Source of the DNA: an uncultured virus (IMG/VR IMGVR_UViG_3300022552_000007) | Lineage: Duplodnaviria; Heunggongvirae; Uroviricota; Caudoviricetes | Virus record (IMG/VR): IMGVR_UViG_3300022552_000007 | Length of the DNA stretch: 64,000 nucleotides | Reading direction: 5' to 3' (one strand) | Part shown: one piece after another, positions 17,595-26,228 of the stretch | How positions within the stretch are numbered: position 1 is the first letter of the stretch | How the letters are laid out: every line of letters starts with the position of its first letter | Translations under genes and position numbers: made by a program | The notes under the pieces: model-generated | What the model was told of the DNA's origin: nothing | What the model saw: the letters and a program-made list of their open reading frames with translations, nothing else | The model's database searches: none

Positions 17595-17845
17595 TTGTTT
17601 GCGGCCCTTTTTGCCATATACGCCATGTGGGCTTTTTTTGCTCTTTTTCGGAGTTCTTGTTTTTGCTCTTCAGTCAGCTTTCGTTTGGTGTGGAATGGAC
17701 GTTTGCCAAAGCGGTACAGCCACAACGGGCAATCTTTCATGTGGCATGCCTTGACCTCGTTCGAACTGCCCGCACAGCATTCCAAACATTTCAGCCGCAT
17801 CGCCTTGAGGGGCGTCACAAATTTTGGCTCGTCAAATTGTTGCAT
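17591..17845 (-). CDS. Small Cys-rich phage protein
   Basis: CLECC...C...CPLWLYR. Confidence 0.7.
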   Translation of the reverse strand: MQQFDEPKFVTPLKAMRLKCLECCAGSSNEVKACHMKDCPLWLYRFGKRPFHTKRKLTEEQKQELRKRAKKAHMAYMAKRAANK

Positions 17846-18014
17846 TTTGCACCACCTGTGTAAAAAGGTTACAGTTTGCGTTTTGTTGCTGTAAAGCGTG
17901 GAGTTTTTCGATTAAAATTTTTTACGGCTATCTCCCTATGGACCCGACCGAGAAAATCGGCGGCATTGACTGTAGCTTGTAAGAAACGCGAAAAATTTCG
18001 ATTTTTGCGGTGTG

Positions 18015-18045
18015 CCTGAGAGGGGATTTTGGCCCCCCTCTCAGG
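18015..18045. terminator. Hairpin, putative terminator
   Basis: cctgagagggg...cccctctcagg. Confidence 0.5.
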
Positions 18046-18053
18046 TGAGTGCC

Positions 18054-18305
18054 CTATTCGGTGAAATTCTGGCCAGAATTTTGGCTATTTTTGCACCGAT
18101 AGGGGTAGAGTGGGCAGGTGGTCACTTGGCAGGCAACCACCTCGTTCACGTCGTCTGTTCTTAGGCAATCTAAGCACCGTTCTTGAATTGCCTCATACAG
18201 TATTTGTTTTGTTGGTTCTTTGTCCGCTTTGATATAGTGCTCTGCGGACAGGTTCAAATTTGAATCTTCGAAGATCTCGATGGGATCTACTGTTCTTGCT
18301 TTCAT
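18054..18305 (-). CDS. Small Cys-rich protein, paralog of 17591-17845
   Basis: CLDC...EVVAC...CPLYPYR. Confidence 0.65.
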   Translation of the reverse strand: MKARTVDPIEIFEDSNLNLSAEHYIKADKEPTKQILYEAIQERCLDCLRTDDVNEVVACQVTTCPLYPYRCKNSQNSGQNFTE

Positions 18306-18330
18306 GTGGTCTCCTTTTATTGTTCTTTGA

Positions 18331-19290
18331 TTACGCGGCCTTGGCTACGAAGTCATCCGCGAGTTGGAAGGCGGCCTGATCCAGTAGGTAGCCATCTCCG
18401 AACCATGCCGAGGCAAGGCGGGAATCGACAGATCGTCCTCGATAATACAGCATCCACTCGTTGATGGCGTTATACGCATCCCACCAACTGATGCGGTCCT
18501 GTGGGCGAGTGCCAAGGCCTCTGCCATTGAATAGCACGTTCATGATGGCGGTTTCTCGACGTGTCACGTCTTCTGTTTGAAGTACGGCACGGATATATTT
18601 GATGAGGTCATCCTGGTTTACGTTGGAGTTGGCCAAACGGCGGTATTTGTCTGCTTGAAGGGAAAATTCAGCCTTCGCAGTGTCCAGTGATTGCCGTAGC
18701 AGATCCAAAGAGTCGCGGACGTTGCCCCGGTGATACACTCGAATCAATTTACTGCCGTCGTCCTTAACAGCCCATGACAGGGTGTTGTTACAGACTACGC
18801 GAATTGATGTGAATCCGAAGCGGACCGCTTGGGTGCCGTCATGTGAATTGGATAACATGACGTAAGGCTTCACGACATCTCCATCGCGTATTTCAGCGTC
18901 TTTGGTGTCAGTAATCTTTGCCAGTATCCAAACCTTCCGCCCGTTTTTTAGACTTCCCGCAGTTTCCAGTGTGATTGAACCGTCTTCTACTAATGGGCGG
19001 AAAATTTCGAACGCCTCATCATTTTGTAGTAGTTGGTACTTGTTGCTAACAACGGTAAAGATTTCCCCGGTGTCTTCGCGTTGGATTGCCCGGTGTCCGT
19101 GGACAGGGCGAGGGGTCGAGGCGTCGTTGGGCTGTGCGAATATAGGCAACAGCGCCACCTTCCAGTTGAGATTGGCGGCAATAAGCGCCTCGTCAATGCT
19201 TGGGGCGTTTTCCAGAATGTTTCCCAAGCCGTGCCAGGGAGTGGAACCTACACTGAACATATCATCGAATTCTAGGATTTCATGGCCCAT
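18331..19290 (-). CDS. DUF932 family phage/plasmid protein
   Basis: PWHGLG, QNDEAF, ETAGSLKNGRKVW, NSHDG, RVVCNNTL. Confidence 0.9.
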   Translation of the reverse strand: MGHEILEFDDMFSVGSTPWHGLGNILENAPSIDEALIAANLNWKVALLPIFAQPNDASTPRPVHGHRAIQREDTGEIFTVVSNKYQLLQNDEAFEIFRPLVEDGSITLETAGSLKNGRKVWILAKITDTKDAEIRDGDVVKPYVMLSNSHDGTQAVRFGFTSIRVVCNNTLSWAVKDDGSKLIRVYHRGNVRDSLDLLRQSLDTAKAEFSLQADKYRRLANSNVNQDDLIKYIRAVLQTEDVTRRETAIMNVLFNGRGLGTRPQDRISWWDAYNAINEWMLYYRGRSVDSRLASAWFGDGYLLDQAAFQLADDFVAKAA

Positions 19291-19311
19291 GGTTTGCCTC
19301 CTTTTAGTTGG

Positions 19312-19689
19312 TTATTTTTGAATGCCGAACACGCCGTGAAGAGGATCAGTGCCTACGATGCCTTCAAAGAAGCGAAAGCGTGCTTTTGTCACCTCTTCAA
19401 GGGAAAATTCTCGTGTCTTATCGAACCTGATTTGCGGCACTGCTGCGATGACATAATCGCCGTTTTTCAATTGCAGATCCAGGCGATTGAAGGCATTCTT
19501 GATGTTGTACTTTCGTTCCAGCAGCCGGGCAGTGTTTTCATGTCCGACCGCCATGATGATTTCTTTTTCGCTATCAATGATGCTTCTGAAAGCATCTTCC
19601 GAGATTTCCCGGATGGTGATGGTGGAAGTGTCTTCTCCGAGCATCACAGGGGTGATTGTCGTTGTTAGGTAGATACTAAAGTCGGCCAT
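19312..19689 (-). CDS. acrIII-1: DUF1874 family protein; putative AcrIII-1 anti-CRISPR ring nuclease
   Basis: IYL...ML N-terminus, AVGHENTARLL (GH motif), NRLDLQLKNGD, QIR...SLEE...FFE match the family pattern as recalled. Confidence 0.75.
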   Translation of the reverse strand: MADFSIYLTTTITPVMLGEDTSTITIREISEDAFRSIIDSEKEIIMAVGHENTARLLERKYNIKNAFNRLDLQLKNGDYVIAAVPQIRFDKTREFSLEEVTKARFRFFEGIVGTDPLHGVFGIQK

Positions 19690-19690
19690 A

Positions 19691-20182
19691 TCACACCTCC
19701 TTTCCGTTGTTGGTTAATAGCGCACGGATTTCATTGCAGGCCTTTTGTACTCTGCGAACAGACCATCCCGTGGCTCTGAATTGTGCTTTTGCCTCTTTTA
19801 GAGCGCTCTTCCCTCCATTGGATTTCAATAACATCATTGCCATTTGCCGGGCATCCTGGGGCAATTTGGCGATGTTATCACGAAAAATGACAGTGCGTTC
19901 CACGTCCGGCGTGTTCGCTGCCGGGATTTGGGATGGCATGAGACAACTCACTTGCATGCCATCATACTTCATGCGGGTTCGATGTTTGGACACTTCGTTT
20001 TTCAAGGCGTTGCGGATATAGGTGACAGCTATTGTTGAAAACTGTCCCCTGTCCGGGTTCCAGTTGCGTTCGGCTTCGGCCGCTGCCAGACCGGCAATGC
20101 CGATGCGCTCATCGTACTCGATGCCAGCCCATTGTGGTGAGTTGGCCACACTGTGAAGCAGGTTGGGGGTGATTTGGGTCAT
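19691..20182 (-). CDS. Sigma-70-like transcription factor
   Basis: Region-2-like WNPDRGQFSTIAVTYIRNAL; helical C-terminus. Confidence 0.65.
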   Translation of the reverse strand: MTQITPNLLHSVANSPQWAGIEYDERIGIAGLAAAEAERNWNPDRGQFSTIAVTYIRNALKNEVSKHRTRMKYDGMQVSCLMPSQIPAANTPDVERTVIFRDNIAKLPQDARQMAMMLLKSNGGKSALKEAKAQFRATGWSVRRVQKACNEIRALLTNNGKEV

Positions 20183-20236
20183 GGTTAGACTCCTTTCTGT
20201 TTTTGGTTAGTGTTATCTTGTGTTATCTTGTTGTGT

Positions 20237-22264
20237 TTAGTTTGTCAACCTTTTTTTATTCTTATTGTGATATTTGTTCAAAAGCTCTGTAAGTAGGGAC
20301 TCTTGCGCTGTTCCGGTGCCGTCCAGGACTGCATTAAGAACCTTCTGTTTATTGTCCAGCAAGGCGGCGATATCTTCCTCTATTGTGTCTTTTGCAATGA
20401 GATAATAGACATTTACAGCGTTTTTTTGTCCGATGCGGTGCGCACGGTCTTCGGCTTGAATATGCTCGCCTGGGGTCCAGCCGAGTTCGGTGAATGCTAC
20501 GGCAGACGCCGCAGTGAGTGTCAGGCCTACGCCAGCGGCCTTGATATTACCGACGAATACCCGGCACGCTGGATCGTCTTGAAAGCGGCTTACTGCTGCA
20601 TTGCGCGCTTCTTGGCTGTCTCTGCCGTCTATCTTGACGGGAATATAGCTCTTCAAGGCGTCCATCAAGGAGTCAACCGCGTCATGATGGATAGCGAACA
20701 CCAGTATTTTGCTGCCGGTGTTCAGTGCGTCTTTGAGCCAGTCGATTGTGGCGGCCCATTTTCCTCTCGCCGCCAGTCGTTTCAGTGTTTGAAACTGCAC
20801 CAGCACCTCAGCTCGTTGGGCGGCGGAGACCTTTTCGGGGTCCACTGTTGCTAACCATTTGAGGAAGTGGGCTTTGGCTTGTTCGTACTCGTGCACGGCT
20901 GTTGCGCTCATTTCTATTGGAATAACCGACCGTGTTTTTTCCGGCAGGTCCTTGAGCACTTCGGCTTTGGTGCGTCGGATCATTATTGTGGAGGTGAGCA
21001 AGTCGTGCAATTCCTTTGTATTGGACGATCCGTTGAAATCCCAGCCGAAGCCATTATGCTTGGCTCCGCAATATTTATGAGCAAAAGTCATGAATGGTGG
21101 AATGTCATTTGGTGCTAGTGTTTTGGCCACCGGATAAATTTCCACTGGTCGGTTCAGGATAGGCGTGCCGGTTAGTGCGATGATTTTTTCTACCCGTGAA
21201 AGACCGGGGGCTTTTTTTCCTTTGCCTAGAATTGCTTTTGTTCTTTTGGCTTTGCGATTTTTCAGATAGTGCGCTTCATCCAGAATCATCAATTTGATGT
21301 CGGATTCAACTATGTTGTTGAATCTATCCGCCACGATGTCATAGTTGATGATATGGATGTCCGCAGTGGGAAGGCGCCCTTGTGTTTTGCCCGAAATAAG
21401 GCTTGTTTTTAGTTCAGGGCAAGCCACTGCGGCTTCTTGTGCCCAGTTTAGTTTTAGCGATGCTGGGCAGATTACCAAAGCAGGGCGCAGATCTGGTCTG
21501 GTATGGATATAGGCCAGGGCCTGAATGGTCTTGCCTAGACCCATTTCGTCCCCGATCAATGCACGACCATCCTTAGCATGCAAAAATTTCAGCCCTTCAC
21601 GTTGAAATGGCATCAATTGGCGCCCGAATCCTTGCAGATTGATGGCCGACCGCTTTATGGTTGGGCGCGGCGTAGGCGCGGGCGCTTCAATTCCAATTTC
21701 TTTTAGTGTCTTTACGGCCAGCGCTGTGTGTGGCATGATCCAAATTTTTTTGCTACTATCCCATCGTCTGCCTGGAATAGTGCGAATTGTTGCTACTTTT
21801 TTTGGGTCATAGGGGAATCGTACTTTTAATTCCCCACCAATTTTTTCAGCGGAAGCCACATGAGACTTCAGCATGGGGTGATCTGACGGCACAAAAATGT
21901 CCTCCAACGAGTCTTCTTTGTTCAATATAGCGCCTTTGGGAATCCAGGTATCCACTGTTTGTGTTGCGCGTAGTTTTTCGTTCAGCCCCTCGATTTCTTC
22001 CTTTGACAGGCTTGTGAGCACAACGTCACGCAATCCCCAATCGCCAAGGCATTCGGGGCCGATGCCCAACGCGGCCGAGCCGGGGTGTGTCAATAAGCGC
22101 CCACAACGGCAGCATCTACCAGCACGGCGCGCGTATTTGATTGATGCGCCTCCGTACAGATAAACGGCCTTGGCGGTTTCCGCCAACGTCGCCGCCTGGA
22201 ATACGACCGGCAGTCTCTTTCGGCGTGCGAAGCCCCCATTGATTATATAGTTGTGTCCTTTCAT
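20237..22264 (-). CDS. SNF2-family (HARP/SMARCAL1-like) helicase with N-terminal zinc domain
   Basis: GDEMGLGKT, DEAH, LTGTP, GVGLTLT, QAEDRAHRIGQ; CRCGRLLT...GIGPEC. Confidence 0.92.
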   Translation of the reverse strand: MKGHNYIINGGFARRKRLPVVFQAATLAETAKAVYLYGGASIKYARRAGRCCRCGRLLTHPGSAALGIGPECLGDWGLRDVVLTSLSKEEIEGLNEKLRATQTVDTWIPKGAILNKEDSLEDIFVPSDHPMLKSHVASAEKIGGELKVRFPYDPKKVATIRTIPGRRWDSSKKIWIMPHTALAVKTLKEIGIEAPAPTPRPTIKRSAINLQGFGRQLMPFQREGLKFLHAKDGRALIGDEMGLGKTIQALAYIHTRPDLRPALVICPASLKLNWAQEAAVACPELKTSLISGKTQGRLPTADIHIINYDIVADRFNNIVESDIKLMILDEAHYLKNRKAKRTKAILGKGKKAPGLSRVEKIIALTGTPILNRPVEIYPVAKTLAPNDIPPFMTFAHKYCGAKHNGFGWDFNGSSNTKELHDLLTSTIMIRRTKAEVLKDLPEKTRSVIPIEMSATAVHEYEQAKAHFLKWLATVDPEKVSAAQRAEVLVQFQTLKRLAARGKWAATIDWLKDALNTGSKILVFAIHHDAVDSLMDALKSYIPVKIDGRDSQEARNAAVSRFQDDPACRVFVGNIKAAGVGLTLTAASAVAFTELGWTPGEHIQAEDRAHRIGQKNAVNVYYLIAKDTIEEDIAALLDNKQKVLNAVLDGTGTAQESLLTELLNKYHNKNKKRLTN

Positions 22265-22334
22265 CGCGCCCTCTATTGTGCTGTCATTTTCTTTTGATTA
22301 ATTTTATCGTGATTTCGCGCTCTTTTTTCCATAC

Positions 22335-22363
22335 TTGCCCCTTTTCATTTTTGGTGTTATATA
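22335..22363 (+). promoter_or_regulatory. Sigma70-type promoter for terS
   Basis: TTGCCC-17 bp-TATATA with upstream TGn; AAGGAGG RBS follows. Confidence 0.5.
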
Positions 22364-22384
22364 TCCGTATAAAGGAGGTGTGAA

Positions 22385-23026
22385 ATGCAGCGAGTCCGTA
22401 AAAAAAAGCCAGCCATACCAGTTACCGAATGGGCAGGGCCGCGTTTGCCCAAAGAAACTACTGAGAAATGGTTGCATGATATTGCCAGCAAGGAAACGCG
22501 CGGCATACCTTCGTCTAAACCGCCGGACGTTGCCGAACGCGCCTATCGCCTCGCTCTTCTCGGACTTACCAACGATGAAATGGCCATTGCCTTTGGCGTT
22601 GCTCCTAGACTGTTTCGGCAGTGGCGAGAAGATGATCCGGAACTCGCTGCTGCTGTTTTTGCTGGTCGTGAGCGCGCCGATGGCGAAGTCGTGCGTGCTC
22701 TTTACAAGAAAGCTGTTGGCTATGAGTACGATGAGGATTTCGCCACTGTTCGCAAGGAGCGGATCATTCGCACTACCTTGACTAAACACGTTCCGCCGGA
22801 CACTACCGCTTGTATATACTGGTTGAACAATCGCACCAAGCGGCAAGAGCGCCCCTGGACCAATTCGCAGAAAATGGAAGTGACTGGTCCCAAAGGCGGG
22901 CCGATCTTGCTTGCTCCTGGTGAGCAGACCGCTCTTCAAGAGTTCTCCAACGAAGAGCTGGAAATGATCGCGTCTGCTGGTATTAAGTTGCAGCTTCAAG
23001 AAACATCTCCTCTTTCTGACGATTAA
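22385..23026 (+). CDS. terS: Putative terminase small subunit
   Basis: HTH GLTNDEMAIAFGV, ADGEVVRALYKKAVG, VPPDTTACIYWLNNR, EVTGPKGGPI. Confidence 0.75.
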   Translation: MQRVRKKKPAIPVTEWAGPRLPKETTEKWLHDIASKETRGIPSSKPPDVAERAYRLALLGLTNDEMAIAFGVAPRLFRQWREDDPELAAAVFAGRERADGEVVRALYKKAVGYEYDEDFATVRKERIIRTTLTKHVPPDTTACIYWLNNRTKRQERPWTNSQKMEVTGPKGGPILLAPGEQTALQEFSNEELEMIASAGIKLQLQETSPLSDD

Positions 23027-23238
23027 TTGTTGGTGAATTCACGCACTGCGGGATGACGGAGGCGATCAAAGGTTTTGATCATCTCAACGATTTCATTTTC
23101 TCCAAGCAGTCTGGCCATCCACCAAAGGCAATGGGCTTCGAATTCATTGCGGTCGCTTTGATATTGCAGATTACCACTGTAATTCTCGATCATTTCCAAA
23201 TTGTTTTCATTGTTTTTTTCCATGGCGTGCCTCCTCAT
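23023..23238 (-). CDS. Hypothetical protein
   Basis: ORF in tight early-gene operon. Confidence 0.5.
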   Translation of the reverse strand: MRRHAMEKNNENNLEMIENYSGNLQYQSDRNEFEAHCLWWMARLLGENEIVEMIKTFDRLRHPAVREFTNN

Positions 23239-23597
23239 CCGATATAGGTGAATGCTTTAACGGCTCCGCCGTCGGAGCTAATCTTGACCAAGATGCCCGA
23301 GAAGAACGAGTCGGACAGATGGCCATCGAATTCTTTCATCCATTGCGGCGGATTGGGGCTGTGAAATCTGTTGTGAATCGCTATGAATTCATTGAGAAAG
23401 TAGGTCTTGCCCCGATACCGAAATTTGGGTTCGAGATCTGGTTCGACGCCGTTTTCTTTTGCGTGGCACCGTTCCCATTCGGGGATGCCGTATTGAATGG
23501 GTATCCAACGGTTTGATCCATATATGGTCACGGTGCCATTTTCTTGCTCAATTGTTTTATAGATTTTTTTGAGCATCTGGCTATGCCTCCTTTTCAT
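23235..23597 (-). CDS. Hypothetical phage protein
   Basis: ORF with overlapping start/stop junctions; DSFFSGILV motif. Confidence 0.65.
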   Translation of the reverse strand: MKRRHSQMLKKIYKTIEQENGTVTIYGSNRWIPIQYGIPEWERCHAKENGVEPDLEPKFRYRGKTYFLNEFIAIHNRFHSPNPPQWMKEFDGHLSDSFFSGILVKISSDGGAVKAFTYIG

Positions 23598-23770
23598 CGG
23601 TCGTCATTTATTTCCCAGCGGACAGCGGCGTTTCCATTCATATCTCTAGCCTTGCCGAGTGTCCACCCGCGTTCTATCTCCTTGGCAATTTTCTTCAAGA
23701 TTTCTCGAAGTTCACGCGGATTGTCTTTAAAGGCCGCGTTGTCCATGTTAACGGTGATATTGATTTGCAT
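23594..23770 (-). CDS. Small hypothetical protein (58 aa, not in ORF track)
   Basis: Manual translation MQINITVNMDNAAFKDNPRELREILKKIA...; purine-rich RBS; ATGA coupling to next gene. Confidence 0.6.
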   Translation of the reverse strand: MQINITVNMDNAAFKDNPRELREILKKIAKEIERGWTLGKARDMNGNAAVRWEINDDR

Positions 23771-23814
23771 TGCAAACCCCCTTCCAAGCTTAGTCAGCTC
23801 TTTCTTATAATGTT

Positions 23815-24249
23815 TTAGCTTCTTTCGCGCTCGATGATCATGTTGGTGCTGTCTTTGTAGTGAATCTTGTTCAGATCCTCAAAAAACACGGTTGCGATAT
23901 ACTCTTTGAGATCCATCGCATCGGCCTTGGCGAATGGTCCCTTGACGATCACGTCAATGCCGCCAAAAACAGGCACAACGATTACATCGAAGTGAATCCA
24001 GCCGATATAGCTGCCCCATTCGTCCATCATGTGAAATCCGGATTCGATAACGATTCGATTTTGGCTGCAACGGTCCAGATTGATGGTTGAACCACTATCG
24101 AATCCCGCGCCTGATGGCAAATGGTTTCGTTCAATTTCTTGCAGTCGTTCGCGATGATTGTCTTCCCAAACGGCGTTTCCCATTTGTTGACAGTTTTTGA
24201 TGGCGTCGATCAAAATAGCAATTTCTTCATATAGTGGTCTCGGTTTCAT
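23815..24249 (-). CDS. Hypothetical phage protein
   Basis: AAGGAGG RBS; LPSGAGFDSG motif. Confidence 0.7.
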   Translation of the reverse strand: MKPRPLYEEIAILIDAIKNCQQMGNAVWEDNHRERLQEIERNHLPSGAGFDSGSTINLDRCSQNRIVIESGFHMMDEWGSYIGWIHFDVIVVPVFGGIDVIVKGPFAKADAMDLKEYIATVFFEDLNKIHYKDSTNMIIERERS

Positions 24250-24512
24250 ATAGCGACCTCCTTTTGGATATAGTGTTTCGGATATACTATTTTTGCGGAT
24301 ATAGTGTCTCGGATATAGTGTCTCGGATATAGTGTCTCGGATATAGTGTCCTCAGCATCCGCAAATGATTCCTTAAATTGTCTCACAACTTCTTGGGCCT
24401 CCGCAGCGTTCATACAGGTAGCTGTCCATCCAAGAAAGAACAAAGCAAAGGCATGCCGTTGTTCCGCAGGCATCTCGTTCATTTTTTCTTGTAGGTATTC
24501 GTTGGCATTCAT
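24246..24512 (-). CDS. Hypothetical protein whose 3' end spans a 14-bp tandem repeat
   Basis: MNANEYLQ start after AAGGA. Confidence 0.5.
   Translation of the reverse strand: MNANEYLQEKMNEMPAEQRHAFALFFLGWTATCMNAAEAQEVVRQFKESFADAEDTISETLYPRHYIRDTISAKIVYPKHYIQKEVAI
24266..24352. repeat. 14-bp tandem repeat GGATATAGTGTCTC (3 perfect + 3 degenerate copies)
   Basis: Read directly. Confidence 0.9.
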
Positions 24513-24525
24513 GGCATTTCCTTCT

Positions 24526-24807
24526 TTAATTGAGGTCCGCCAGTTCGTAAGTGCCACTATTGATCTTGCGGCGGGTGTCCTCAATACCCTCGTCAAGGAA
24601 CAGGTTGCGGTACTTGCCAGTGGTGCGGCTGTAGTCCCAGCTACGACGATCAAGCAATACGCGGTCGTCGAGGCGGGCGGCGATGATCGTGTTATAGGAT
24701 TGGAATACGCATCCTTTATCGGTATGGATGATAAATTGGTTCTTGACCGGCCCGTTAGGACCGCGCATCGGCTCCACTCGCATGAAATTTCCAAGTTCTT
24801 TTCTCAT
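24526..24807 (-). CDS. Hypothetical phage early protein
   Basis: AAGGAGG RBS; FQSYNTIIA...WDYSRTTGKYRNLFL. Confidence 0.7.
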   Translation of the reverse strand: MRKELGNFMRVEPMRGPNGPVKNQFIIHTDKGCVFQSYNTIIAARLDDRVLLDRRSWDYSRTTGKYRNLFLDEGIEDTRRKINSGTYELADLN

Positions 24808-24862
24808 GGCATATCCTCCTTTTATCAATGGGTTAGGTTGAACTCGTTGATTATTTGTCTTT

Positions 24863-24891
24863 AATTTAATTCATTGTTTTTGCTTTGTCAA
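24863..24891 (-). promoter_or_regulatory. Sigma70-type early promoter
   Basis: TTGACA-17 bp-TAAATT; near-duplicate of 28114-28142. Confidence 0.65.
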
Positions 24892-25046
24892 GTGTTTTTT
24901 GCTTTTTATATGCATTTTATTTTTCACGTACTCCCGAAAGGCTCCAACGATATGATTTTGTTCAATTTTAGGCTCCAACGATGTGCGCTCGTCCAACGGT
25001 GAAAAAAGTTCCAACGACATGATTTCGCCCAATTTTGCCCCCTCGT

Positions 25047-25129
25047 TTTTGTTTCTGAACCCGGTTTTGTTTCTGAACCCGGTTTTGTTTCTGAACCCGG
25101 TTTTGTTTCTGAACCCGGTTTTGTTTCTG
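25047..25129. repeat. 18-bp perfect tandem repeat TTTTGTTTCTGAACCCGG, ~4.6 copies
   Basis: Read directly. Confidence 0.95.
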
Positions 25130-25262
25130 TGATTCATTTAATAAATGAATCCTTATTTAGTGAATGAATCCTTATTTAGTGAATCCTGTTCATTTGGTTA
25201 TCCCCTGTCCCCTGGGCCTGGGCCTGTCCCCTGGGCCTGGGCCTGTCCCCTGGCTGTCAAAA

Positions 25263-25318
25263 ACAAAAGCGGATGCCCAGGCGCATTATAATAAACACGC
25301 TTGGGCATCCGCTTTTGT
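25263..25318. terminator. ~21-bp stem-loop, likely bidirectional terminator
   Basis: acaaaagcggatgcccaggcg / cgcttgggcatccgcttttgt. Confidence 0.7.
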
Positions 25319-25398
25319 GCTTGTCGCTCTGCCGCGTCTAATCTAATCCTGTGATCAATTTTATGTTTTTTGTCATGGCGTTTTTCCTTAGTTTTTGT

Positions 25399-26211
25399 TT
25401 AATAAATAATTCCGTCGCTGTCCCAAACCGTCTCGCAAGTATGGCAGAAAAATGTTTGATCATTGTAAGAATCAATAAACGCTTCATTGCTATTTCCACA
25501 AGCAGGACAAACAGTCATGGAATATCTTTCATCTGGATAAATATATTGATATTCGTCTTGGTATTTCGTTCGTTTCGTTCGTTTCGTTCGTTTTGTTTTT
25601 GTTTTTGGTAGTCCATAAAACCCCCAATTAATTTTTTCTCGTTTGTACGACAAGTTTGAAAACTGTAGTCCAGTTTGTTTGTCAATCGTCCAGTTACCAG
25701 TTAAAAACCAGTCCCCATTGATGAACAAACATAAGCGTGATCCCATTGTCATGTTTCGGATTGCCTCTAAAATGTTCGGTTGAATTTTTTCTTTTGCTAA
25801 ATAAAACAGAACGTTTTTAGTAAATACTTGAGTGTCATTATATTTGTTTTCGATGTCGTCGAATCCAGTCAATATCCCGTTATGACAGATTGCTTTATCC
25901 GCAATTATATTTGTTTTTGTCAACTCCGTTGTTTTGTCTGTTATCGGATAAGGATGGCAATTTCCTGCTGAAATCAAACCGCCGGTTGCAATGCGAAAAT
26001 GTATCGCAAGCTGGCAGTCTTTTGTGATTTTTTTATCTTTACTAAATGCTTGCCAAAAGTCGTTGAATTTCATAAATCCTTTTTTGATATGCACTTGATT
26101 TTTGACCTGGACCATATATCCGGCCCCGTCGTCGTTGTTTTCAAAACAGGTTTTCAGTAGTTTTTTAGTTGGAATATCTGCATTTTTGTTTTTATAAACA
26201 ATAATACACAT
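25399..26211 (-). CDS. Class II (Ntn) glutamine amidotransferase
   Basis: N-terminal Met-Cys, NDDGAG, HFRIAT, NCHP, HNG, DT motifs. Confidence 0.85.
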   Translation of the reverse strand: MCIIVYKNKNADIPTKKLLKTCFENNDDGAGYMVQVKNQVHIKKGFMKFNDFWQAFSKDKKITKDCQLAIHFRIATGGLISAGNCHPYPITDKTTELTKTNIIADKAICHNGILTGFDDIENKYNDTQVFTKNVLFYLAKEKIQPNILEAIRNMTMGSRLCLFINGDWFLTGNWTIDKQTGLQFSNLSYKREKINWGFYGLPKTKTKRTKRTKRTKYQDEYQYIYPDERYSMTVCPACGNSNEAFIDSYNDQTFFCHTCETVWDSDGIIY

Positions 26212-26228
26212 AATCAAGCCCCCCTTAT

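Noticed and set aside
25047..25129. CRISPR array
   Set aside because: Repeats are contiguous with no spacers, and no cas genes are present.
24871..25137. 88-aa ORF with NKTGFR repeats
   Set aside because: It is the translation of a tandem repeat and runs over a promoter; probably spurious.
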